DNA of 41,339 nucleotides, taken from assembly GCF_001194135.2 (NCBI RefSeq), contig NC_068983.1:139503231-139544569 (forward strand). The letters run 5' to 3'. This document shows positions 24,901-36,007 of the stretch, piece by piece. Below the pieces are notes generated by a model, which saw nothing but the letters and a program-made list of their open reading frames with translations, ran no database searches and was not told where the DNA came from. Source of the DNA: Octopus bimaculoides. Its lineage: Eukaryota. A program made the position numbers and the translations under genes. How positions within the stretch are numbered: the stretch's first letter is position 1; each line of letters opens with the position of its first letter.

Positions 24901-25769
24901 TTAGATTGTGGGTGTCTCGAAGAAATATTTCAAACTTGATCAAGTTAGAAGTTATCTATTCTTATCGTGCAATCCTACATTCATTATTGAGATTATAGGG
25001 TAAGATTTTCTGGAATTCTCTGAGAAGAGAGTTTCCTTAATGTCTAAGTGGAGATTTATCGTTGTCAAATAATATATAGTATTCCACTGATAGTTTTATG
25101 GTCAATATTGGAAACAAATGTCGGTCTGATTTAGTTTTATGAGTCTCATTTCTTTTTTTTATTACTCAGAATATTCGTACGAAACTAAATAAATCTAATG
25201 AAATGTATTCGTGATTGCTCCCCATAGTCGTCTCATGCGCAATCAACTTGTTCATATTGGCCAGTTTCTTTTGGTTTAGATATTAATGGTTTGAAATTTA
25301 CTAATGTGAGATAATTCTGTCACTACAGCAACTATCGAGTTTCTACCCTTTGTGTGATTACAATGGAAAAGAGAAGCCTTAGTGAGTTTAATAAAGTAAG
25401 TGAAGCATTCAGCAGCGCCAGCCCACTTCAAGGGTTTGGCTTTAAGCCATTAACACATTATTAATAATTTCATTTTTCGAGATTTGGAAAATATGTCACT
25501 TACAATTACTATTACCCCATGGTTCCTGGATAGGAGTGTAGTTAGTTTGTGGGAAAATTACAGGACATTATCTGTTTCGATTTGAGTCCAAATCTCGTAA
25601 CAGCCAAATATGCTTTACACCCTTTGCGGCTTAATGCAATAAAGTACAAGTGCTGGGTCAATAAAATTGTTTGCCCTCCTATATTGAAATTAAAAATAAT
25701 ACTCTTGGTTTACTTCAACTGTGGCAGATGGGGAAAATCATTTGGAAGTTGGATAAAATAATAAAATAC

Positions 25770-25960
25770 AATGCGGTATATTTCCGAATTCTTTACGGAA
25801 GGCCGAGTTCAAATCCCAGATCATATATATATATATATATTTTTTTTTCTACATTGGGTGATGGTTAAAATCATATACTTTTCAAACACTGCGATAGATT
25901 TAATCGACTAACCGCCCTCGCAAATTCATAACCTTGTTGCTATATAAGAAATTTTTATAA
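25770..25960 (+). mobile_element. SINE family B, degraded, interrupted by (AT)n
   Basis: GCGGTATATTTC..GAGTTCAAATCCC...CACTGCGATAGATTTAATCGACTAACC. Confidence 0.45.
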
Positions 25961-26784
25961 TTACTCGAGTATTTATTTTTTATTAGTTAACACACACTTA
26001 GTGCTAACCATATTGATCTGCAATCACTAGATATCAAGATTATTACCAACCTATTTTATTTAGAAAATTTGTTTTACCCAGGCTGCATTACTCTCTGTCA
26101 ACATTTTTTAGACGATGACAAAATATATTGGAAGATTGAATGATTTGACTGTTATTTCTATGATGTCGAAACGCAATTTTAAAGATGCCCGCATTGGCGA
26201 ACTTTAATATTACTCATAATCGGAAGGAAACAGAACCGCACTTTAAAATTTGAGAGTAATAGACAAAAAAAAATAAATAAATAAAGAAGAAACGAAGAAA
26301 CAAGTACTGAAAACTTTCGGTTACATTTTTATGCGTCGAAATCTGTGTAAAAAGATAGAGTATGAAGAAAGATCCAATCACATAATTGGTGTGAAATTGG
26401 TGAGTAGAACACAATAATCCTCTCGAAAATTGAGGTATTCTTCGATTTAAGGAGTTCGCATCCTTATATCTACTACGATTTAGACTGATCAGGAAAAATC
26501 TGCTTCTGTGTATGTGTGTTTGTGTGCCCGTGTGTTTGTGTGCCCATGTGTGTGTGTGTGCCCATGTGTATGTGTACGTGTGTGCGTGAGATAGAGAGAG
26601 TGTGTATGTGTGTGTGTATGTGTGTATGTGAGTATACGAGAGATAGAGAGAGATTGTGTGTATGGGTATGAGTGCCTAAATGTACCAGTGTATGTATCTA
26701 CATGTGACGTGCGTGTCATTTTTCAATTACTAAGTTGTGATAAACACAAAAGTTTCCCACGTAGCTTTGTAATATATATGCGAA

Positions 26785-26810
26785 GTGTGTGTGTATGTGT
26801 GTGTGTGTGT

Positions 26811-26890
<80 letters not shown>
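26785..26890. repeat. (GT)n microsatellite of about 105 bp; representative of dozens of (AT)n, (CA)n, (GATA)n and (ATGT)n tracts in the window
   Basis: Read directly. Other long tracts include (AT)n 486-552 and 27382-27450, (GATA)n 19015-19070 and (CTAT)n 19858-19924. Confidence 0.98.
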
Positions 26891-26893
<3 letters not shown>

Positions 26894-27049
26894 GGGGTAG
26901 ACAGATACGAAGAGACAGTTGGAGAGGGACCAATAAATATTTATCGTTTACGAGTTAGACATGTGGAGAACAAACTGACTGAAATGGAGTTATCAGTGGT
27001 ACAGTATTCAGTTTATCGAATTTGTTAGTGTAAACGTGGAGACACACAC

Positions 27050-27155
27050 AACTAATAACAATGAGGAGACGGCGATGACGACGACGACTGCGACGACAAA
27101 GATGATGATGATGAAGATGATGATGATGGCGACGATCATGATGATTATGATGGCG
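27050..27155. repeat. Degenerate (GAC/GAT)n trinucleotide repeat
   Basis: GATGACGACGACGACTGCGACGACAAAGATGATGATGATGAAGATGATGATGATGGCGACGATCATGATG. Confidence 0.9.
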
Positions 27156-27388
27156 ATATATTCATATTTCCATTGGAGAAAAGAAAATTGTGTTTCTAAA
27201 CCAAATACATGCGCTCGTATATACACACATACACACACAAACACATGCGTATAAACTTATATATTCATATGCGTGCTTGTATATGAATATGCGTATATAC
27301 AAAAATAAATATATATATATATATATATATAGTGTATATGTATGTTTATATATATATGTGTGTGCATTTGTGTATATGCATAAATCTA

Positions 27389-27451
<63 letters not shown>

Positions 27452-28080
27452 CTATATGTTTGCTTGTTTATATATACATGTGTGTGTGTGTGTGTGTGTG
27501 TGCGTGTATTTGTGTGAGCGTGTTTGTGTGTATGTAAATCGATAGCTCTGGAACAAATAGGGAAAACGCTGGTTAAGATTGATCAGAGATAAAAACAAGA
27601 GAAAAAACTTACTGCTCAATAAAATATAAAAGAGAGAGAAGAAATCATTATAGAAATGATGTGCGGACATACATCAGAATTACTGGTTGATCTACATCTG
27701 ATCTGTTGTAAATTATACTGCATCTATCCTCAGTTAGGGATCAGTGCTCATTTTAGCTTACCATCACACATCACTTTGTTTTCATGGTCATTTCTTTTTT
27801 TCCCCACGCCATCCAAATTTGTGAGTGTATGTATCTGCATATTTTTATCTATTCAGTTTTTCGAGCTTTCATAAAACCAGCGATTATATCAACTGGCCTC
27901 TGTCGATCACAAATAAAGAACACATGACACCATCCGTTTACTGAAGTTTTCATAGTTATTATAGTGCAAAGCTCCAGTGATTCAATTTTTACTTATTTGT
28001 TTACTGTTTTTAACATATTTTTCGTGAGCAACAGCTACTCTACCGAACGAAATATACGCCTGTCTATTTATGTATGAATG

Positions 28081-28114
<34 letters not shown>

Positions 28115-28184
28115 TGTACGTGTGTACGTATGTACGTGTGTACGTATATACGTATGAATGTGTGTATGTACGTGTATGTATGCA

Positions 28185-28240
<56 letters not shown>

Positions 28241-28479
28241 CCTGTCTCTCTCTCTCTCTCTCTCTCACTATCTATCTACCTATTATCTATCGATCTGTAT
28301 ATCTATCTATCACACATACAACACACACTCACACACACACATATTGGTATATAGATAGACAGATAAATAGATAGGTTGTTAGATAAATAGATAGAATGAG
28401 AGAGAGAGAGAGAGAAATACATTTCTTTTATTAGCCACACAGGGCTCAACGAAGATGGGACAANNNNNNNNNNTATATA

Positions 28480-29930
28480 TATATGCTACTGTTTGTCTTA
28501 ATGTTATAATAAGAGCAATTTTGCTTTTAGCTGAAGGATTACTCAAAACATTTGGTAGAGTAGTAATTTATCATACATTAACAATTATAGTATTGGTATT
28601 GACAGTGACTTCGGATTTTCAACCATCTGACCCATCATCGAACTGTAAACTATTTACGTTCATCTTAGATTTACACAATAACTATTAAGCTAAAGTGTTG
28701 TAGGCTAACCGGAGATACATTGAATGATAATAATATGGTATGTTAGTTTGTGTTGGTAAGATGGGATGTAGAATGTCTACTGATTAAATGTAGGAAGGTG
28801 CTATTGGTTAGAATTTATTCATATATGTATAGTTTTTTTTTAATTAGGCGTGTATGTATAAGTGAGTCATCTCCAGGTCAAAGGATTTCATACAAGGTTG
28901 TTAGTTCTAACATGGTTTCGTTTTATTTAGATATTAATGGGATATTTTGTTTTGATAACGTGAGGGTTAAATGCTTGTGTTCAGTCTAGTGTCTTAAACT
29001 TTGTATGCAGGTGTTTTTTTCCTTGTATGGTTCACAGAAAATATAGGTAAGTGGTGAGGTTTATTTGGTTAGCACGTTGGTATTATTTATGTTTTTTTCC
29101 AGTTTATATTTAGAGTGTCTTAGTTATCACTTAAGTACGTAGGAGTGGTATCATTATGGAGAACTTGTTAAACAAGTATTTTAATGTTCACAAAAATATG
29201 TAGGTAGGTTTGAAGGGTGTTGATCAGCCTATTTCTCCATAGGGATCATCAATCTGGAAAATATTTGGTTGCTATACATGATATTTAACGTATGTGTTAC
29301 AGGAGGTGAAGCTTGTAGGCCATTTTCATATTTCTTATATCGTATTTCAGACATGGAAACTTTTTTTTATAATGTGAGAATGTTATTTGTATTTATTAAA
29401 ATGTGTGCGTTAGTAAAGAATGCGCAATGAAATCTAAGCCATGTTGTTCCACTCTCTTCTTACATAAATGTGTGTTTGTGCTTTTTTATAGGTGTGTGGA
29501 CTTATTTTAGAATATGCGGGATTTTTTTGAAAATTTGGGAATTCGTAAGTAGTTTCTGCCTGATTTGTTTAGTGTAGAGTTGTAATATCCATTTCTATGT
29601 GTTTTGTGATGAAGGTATAGGTGTGGAGTTTGTAGGGTGGTGATATGATTTTATATTTGCCGTAAGACAAAATCATAGGCTCAAAATGTTTTAGTGTTTA
29701 AAACTTTTTTCTACTTACACGAGGAGACTAATTCGGAGTTTCGGTTTAGTTTTGCCTCCAGGGTAAGGACGTGATAGGATTCGTTTGAACAGGGTTAGCA
29801 AGGTTTGTTGTTTTTAAGGTTGTGCGTATGACAATATATTCCTGTTTCAGGGAAATTATTATTTCTTCACTTTAATGTCCATAAAAATTTAGATTTTTCT
29901 ACTTCAGTAGCGAAAGAGTATGTGTGTGTA
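28480..29930 (-). mobile_element. Decayed Penelope-like retroelement (RT end, GIY-YIG end and 3' region)
   Basis: Strong strand skew (minus strand A/C-rich). Minus-strand fragments in the expected order: FMDIKVKK, ETGIY, YHHPTN, IRQKLLTNSQIFKKIPHIL, RLINTLQTYLH (cf. C-terminal WI..L.T..P.G). A decayed hammerhead-like motif lies downstream at 28615-28641. Confidence 0.5.
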
Positions 29931-30286
29931 TTTGTATAGTGTCTTCTACTCATTGCTGTAGATATTATATATATAGAGATGTAGTAGTTGGTGTTGTATG
30001 TGTTGTTACTTTAGCACTAGATATTCTGCAACAAAATTTTGTGCAGGCACCACCAACAGGGAAACGCTCAGTCTTATCGTTAAAGGTGCAAAACTGAATA
30101 TTAACAATTGGTCGATAACTGATGATTACGGACCTTTTGTATGCTTCCCGCTCGAATTTGCATGCAGTATACGTTATGACATTTGTTTATTTACCATATA
30201 ATTTTTCATTTATTAATACACATGTATGCATATATATATATATAAATGCACACACACATACACACATACATACATACATACATACC

Positions 30287-30355
<69 letters not shown>

Positions 30356-30849
30356 NNNNNNNNNNNNNNNNNNNNNNNNNNNNNNNNNNNNNNNNNNNNN
30401 NNNNNNNNNNNNNNNNNNNNNNNNNNNNNNNNNNNNNNNNNNNNNNNNNNNNNNNNNNNNNNNNNNNNNNNNNNNNNNNNNNNNNNNNNNNNNNNNNNNN
30501 NNNNNNNNNNNNNNNNNNNNNNNNNNNNNNNNNNNNNNNNNNNNNNNNNNNNNNNNNNNNNNNNNNNNNNNNNNNNNNNNNNNNNNNNNNNNNNNNNNNN
30601 NNNNNNNNNNNNNNNNNNNNNNNNNNNNNNNNNNNNNNNNNNNNNNNNNNNNNNNNNNNNNNNNNNNNNNNNNNNNNNNNNNNNNNNNNNNNNNNNNNNN
30701 NNNNNNNNNNNNNNNNNNNNNNNNNNNNNNNNNNNNNNNNNNNNNNNNNNNNNNNNNNNNNNNNNNNNNNNNNNNNNNNNNNNNNNNNNNNNNNNNNNNN
30801 NNNNNNNAATCTTCCACCCGGGTCCCGAACCGGAACTCTAAATAACCAT

Positions 30850-30945
30850 ACAAATATCAGTTGCTGTCGTCAGCCACCTCCAGTCCAATGAAACTCTACA
30901 AACATCAGTTGCTGACGTCACCTAACTCCAGACCAATCAAAACCA
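30850..30945. promoter_or_regulatory. 48-bp tandem duplication, each unit with a CRE-like site and CCAAT
   Basis: Units start at 30850 and 30898. TGTCGTCA 30865-30872 and TGACGTCA 30913-30920; CCAAT 30885-30889 and 30933-30937. The duplication is certain, the function is inferred. Confidence 0.35.
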
Positions 30946-31227
30946 ATTTTCAACGAATACAACAAAATTACCTTCTGATTTGAACATGTTAATTGATCAA
31001 CATCGAAACATTTCAATTTTTCAACATTGAAACTTTTAAAGATGCTTTCTAATTTTAAACATTTACGAGTTTTTGAAATTTAGGTGCATTCTCAACAACA
31101 CATTTTCTTATATAAATATATATATATATACATATACATGCATGCATACACACACGCATACACACACACACATACACACGTACACATGCACACACATACA
31201 CACATACACACGTACACACGCACCCCC

Positions 31228-31270
<43 letters not shown>

Positions 31271-31837
31271 TACACATATCATCATATATACATGCACAAG
31301 GTAATCAGACTGGCACTCGAAAGAATACATCATTATTAAAAGTTAAAATTTTATATGCAGTACATATTGAATATTTTCATGTATATATTTTGCAAAGGTT
31401 CATAATATGAGCAAAAGTTTCCAATGCATGTAAGAGACACAATCACTAGAAAACTAGTTTATATAGATACACACACATACGTACAAGCTTACAGATATTC
31501 ATAGTGATGATATTTCTGAAAATAATAGTACGTATAAATTGTGCTCAAAAAAGTGGAAAGGGTAACGTCAGTGAATAATGATGAATGGCACTGTCCAATA
31601 CCCAATTTTTTTATATGCATAGATGTTGGACATTAAGTTAGGTGCATAACAATGTGTATGGGTAAATTCAACCATACGCGCACACACACATGCGCATACA
31701 TATACGCACATTACTATATGCCTTTATGATTGTGGGAAATGTATATATGCATATCTATAGCTATATGCGTCTAACTATATGTATATGTATGACTATACAT
31801 ACATGCATAGATATATATATATACATACACACTGATG

Positions 31838-31883
<46 letters not shown>

Positions 31884-31884
31884 C

Positions 31885-31922
<38 letters not shown>

Positions 31923-31930
31923 GCATTATA

Positions 31931-32029
<99 letters not shown>

Positions 32030-33294
32030 CTATGTATGTATATGTTATAACCTAGAGTTTATTTATGGTTTGGACGTTGATAATTCACTCTTCCTTTCTG
32101 AACTTCCGCGCCACTTGCAATTTTTCAGGCCTCATTGAACTTTCATGGTGTAAAAGTGAGAGTAGCCATGGGGTGAATCATTTTTCTATAGCACGCCCAC
32201 ACAGACGTATATATGTATGCGTGTATACATTCGCGCACACATGCATATACATACTTTCATCATATATATATAGGCATACATATTATGTTGCACTTGTATT
32301 CTTTCCTTTTTTTCTTTGATTTCCGTCACTGGACTGTAGTCATGCTATAGAAATGGTTTTAAAAAAAATTTATCGCTTATTATTTTCAGCCTGAATGTTT
32401 TTAACCCCTTCATTATTTTTATCATGTACGACTCATACAATGGATAGTTTTGTTTTCCATCTTAACGCAAGGGAAGGAAGATGGCGCATCAAAGCGGAAC
32501 GTTGCATGCACTCACTAGTTGAAATAATCTGTACTGCATGTATGCATGGGTAAACGTATATATGTATGTATGCAGACATGCATGTATGCGTGAGTATACT
32601 CGGACATGTACATGTATATATAATATATAACATAATATATTACAAAGAAATCGATGTATGTGTACGTGTGGGTGTGAGTGTGTATTTGCATATATATATA
32701 GCAACATGTGTTATTCTGTTCCTTCTACCTTTGGCTTCTCGTTGAAACTCCTTTCCTTATTCGACAAAGTGGCATGCTTAAAACGTTATAATTTTACTTC
32801 ATCCCTCGAAACTCTCACCCAGCGCCAAAGTAATATGCGCGGTGTTCGCCAATTCGAATTTTCTGGTTTTTTCCTTTGTACTTGCAGTCGCTGTTATTCA
32901 CTGATTTGCCTCTCTCTCCCTTTCTCTCTCCTCCTCCTCTCTCTATATATATGTGCACGTGTTTGTTTGTTTGTTTGTTTGTATGTGTGTATGTGTCTAT
33001 ATATACGTGTGTGTGTGTGTTTTGTGTGTGTGTGTGTATGTGTCTGTGTGTGTGTAGTGTGTACAGAGTGTTAGGTGTGATGTACTACTGAGGTGTGAGG
33101 TATGAATGAATACTGAGAAAAGAAGTCGTCAGAATTTATGAAAGAAGTTTGTATTTCTTCATTATTATTAACGCTTTCGTTCCTAGTCAAATAATATTTT
33201 GTGAATGTACAAACAGCTTGTTCATTTATATGAAACAGATGTTTGGGGGAGGTTTTGTTTAGAAGAGAACATTGTTTTTGCATTTTGGGTGAGG

Positions 33295-33666
33295 TTCCAT
33301 GACAATGGAGACGGGTAGATAGAAATATCAGTAGGTAGATAAGCTGATAGATAGACAGATAGATAGATAGATAGATAGTCAGACTGACAGAGGGATAGTC
33401 AGATAGGTAGAGGGAGGGAGAGAGAGAGAGAGAAGGGTATCCCCTTCCTATCGTCCATTCATTTATTTATTTAGTTTATTTACCGTTGTATTCGAATGAG
33501 TTTAAGGATGGAGAGCTCTTCAAAAAAAAAAAAAAAAACCCAACAGGTGCGGTTTGGTCATCACTGGAAGACATCTTGCTTTCTTTCTCTCGTTCTCTTT
33601 CCTTCTTTTTCGCACTTTCTTTTTTCTTTCTCCTCTTTGAGTTATATTTGGAATACAATATGTACT
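33295..33666 (+). repeat. Left arm of long inverted repeat
   Basis: 33542-33591 matches the reverse complement of 34790-34839 at 46/50; 33635-33666 matches that of 34716-34747 at 30/32; the outer TTCCATG..GATAGAAATAT..GTAGGTAGAT block is also mirrored. Confidence 0.9.
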
Positions 33667-34003
33667 ATAGTTCTGTAAAGTGGAGAATTTGCATTTTTTA
33701 TTCCAAATGTGACTCATCTCTACAAATGTTCAGATATATGTATATATGTGTAGCATTGGGATGTTCTAGCTTTACGTATATTCCGGTCAATAATCCTTTT
33801 CTTCCTTGGCTATCGCCGAGCAAACACGCGAACTACTTCGTCCCTTTCAAGTTCGTGCCTCACAGCGTTCATACACACATAATATTTCTCGTCTGGCTGT
33901 AAAGCCTTTTCTGTTTGTTTTCCTGTCTTGTTTTTTGTCCGCCACTACATTCATCCATGGCAAGATTTAATTTGTGTATACAAATTTAATTTGCGGTCCA
34001 TGG

Positions 34004-34080
34004 GAAGAGCCGTTTTAACGATGCGTCCTGCCCAGCTCTTCGAAACGCCGGTGTTAAAACGGGGTAGCTGATGAAGTAGA
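34004..34080 (+). ncRNA. Candidate hammerhead ribozyme with permuted (pseudoknotted) strand order
   Basis: CTGATGA 34068-34074, GAAA 34042-34045, GTC 34025-34027. Helix I 34028-34033/34062-34067; helix III 34023-34026/34045-34048; helix II 34076-34080/34037-34041 (one U.U mismatch). Confidence 0.55.
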
Positions 34081-34715
34081 ATGTCCTCTATGTGGCTTGT
34101 GTGTTTTCTCGTCTACGTTTGTTTGCAAAGTCCTGTACCCAGATATGCACCTATACATACAGGCGGNNNNNNNNNNNNNNNNNNNNNNNNNNNNNNNNNN
34201 NNNNNNNNNNNNNNNNNNNNNNNNNNNNNNNNNNNNNNNNNNNNNNNNNNNNNNNNNNNNNNNNNNNNNNNNNNNNNNNNNNNNNNNNNNNNNNNNNNNN
34301 NNNNNNNNNNNNNNNNNNNNNNNNNNNNNNNNNNNNNNNNNNNNNNNNNNNNNNNNNNNNNNNNNNNNNNNNNNNNNNNNNNNNNNNNNNNNNNNNNNNN
34401 NNNNNNNNNNNNNNNNNNNNNNNNNNNNNNNNNNNNNNNNNNNNNNNNNNNNNNNNNNNNNNNNNNNNNNNNNNNNNNNNNNNNNNNNNNNNNNNNNNNN
34501 NNNNNNNNNNNNNNNNNNNNNNNNNNNNNNNNNNNNNNNNNNNNNNNNNNNNNNNNNNNNNNNNNNNNNNNNNNNNNNNNNNNNNNNNNNNNNNNNNNNN
34601 NNNNNNNNNNNNNNNNNNNNNNATAATCTGCCAATATTATACTAATGTTTTTTCATGCAGAACTACACTTCATAAAAAAAATTCTCTCCAAAATTGAATG
34701 TTTGGAATGGGAGTC

Positions 34716-35052
34716 AGTACATTTTGTATTCTAAATATAACTCAAAGACGAGGCAAAAAAAAAGAAAGAGGAAAAAAAGGAAAGGGGAAGAGAGAAAGAA
34801 AGCAAAATGACTTTCAGTGATGACCAAATCGCACCTGTTTAAAAAATTGTTTTTAATGGTAAAGGACTAAATAAATAAACGGCCAATAAGAAAGGGGACA
34901 CCCCTTCTGTCTCTGCCTCTACCTATCTGTCTATCTGTCTGACTGACTATCTATCTATCTATCTATCTATCTATTTATATATATTTATCTATCTATCTAT
35001 CAGTCTATCTACCTACCTATATTTCTATCGATCCATTTCTATTCTCATGGAA
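34716..35052 (-). repeat. Right arm of long inverted repeat
   Basis: Reverse-complement match to 33295-33666 as described for the left arm. Confidence 0.9.
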
Positions 35053-35125
35053 TCCAACCCAGGAGATCTATCGGCTTCTATGTGTTTGGGAAACACGCTT
35101 CTTACCACGCAGCCACGCCTGCGCG
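35049..35125 (-). mobile_element. SINE family A, isolated tRNA-like head
   Basis: ATGTGTTTGGGAAACACGCTTCTTACCACGCAGCCACGCCTGCGC matches 5060-5102. Confidence 0.7.
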
Positions 35126-35145
35126 GCCATTTATATATATATATA

Positions 35146-35312
35146 TTCACCATGATAGATCGCTACCCACTACGCATTCTTTATTTTCTCTCCTTGTTTC
35201 TTTCTGTGCTCTTTTCTGTGGAAGAGCGTAGGCTCGAAACGTTAAAGAATTTTTCGCACTTCCCAAGGAACTAATACATCTGTTGTCTACATCACCTGTC
35301 TTCATCTTTTGC
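35146..35312 (+). mobile_element. pLTR-like mini-element family C (best copy) with hammerhead-like motif at 35216-35247, flanked by (TA)n
   Basis: TTTTCTGTGGAAGAGCGTAGGCTCGAAACGTTAAAG; perfect 4-bp hairpin GAGC/GCTC; tail CATCACCTGTCTTCATCTTTTG. Confidence 0.75.
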
Positions 35313-36007
35313 TTATATATATTAGTTATAAGGAAAAGAATTCTGCATTAAACTGATGGGTTACTCTTACTTCCGTAGTAAACAAATTTATGAAGCTTAA
35401 GCAAGAATAGTATTGCTAGTGTCTTTGAAGTTTCGGCCAGGTGAGTCATCATCGGATCTCCGTTTTACTATAAAAATATATTTGCTGCGCTACAGCTGAC
35501 TCAATTATTCTATCTAGGGCAGATAGACAGAAACATATGACCATATGTTCCCTCTGGTTACTAATAAACCTCAATGTGGCCTTTGCAAATGTATTTAATT
35601 TTACCAAACAAATTTATTTCCACATCGTTGAATTATATTACATTAAATTCTAGAATTACTAAGGAGTGGTTCTATGGTTTAGATTTTGGTCTTCACTTCA
35701 GCTTTATGATTGTTCTTACTTTAGTGTCCTTTGTCGGAACGATTCCATCGCACAACCTGTGACCAATCCAGAGACTGCAAATTTGAAATAATTGACACTG
35801 AAGTAAGATTAACGATAAAACTGTAGTGAAGACCAAGTATATACTGCTTGTGGTTAATTGGCAAAAAATATAACCCCCTCGAAATATAGCAATATATCTT
35901 TCAGTATTTACATTTTATTTGTCTCATTCATTAGACTGTAGCCATGATGGAACACCACATTCAAGAATTTTACAGTTGAACAATTACTCCCCACCACCCA
36001 GTAGTTA

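Noticed and set aside
28480-29930. G/T-skewed segment considered as a mitochondrial insertion (NUMT)
   Set aside because: No mitochondrial gene, tRNA or rRNA motif was recognised; retroelement-like peptide fragments fit better.
33668-33715. Four 6-8-mers just inside the left arm whose reverse complements occur inside the right arm (34658-34716) in non-mirrored order
   Set aside because: The blocks are short and AT-rich, the order is not consistent with an inverted repeat, and I cannot exclude chance without a shuffle test.
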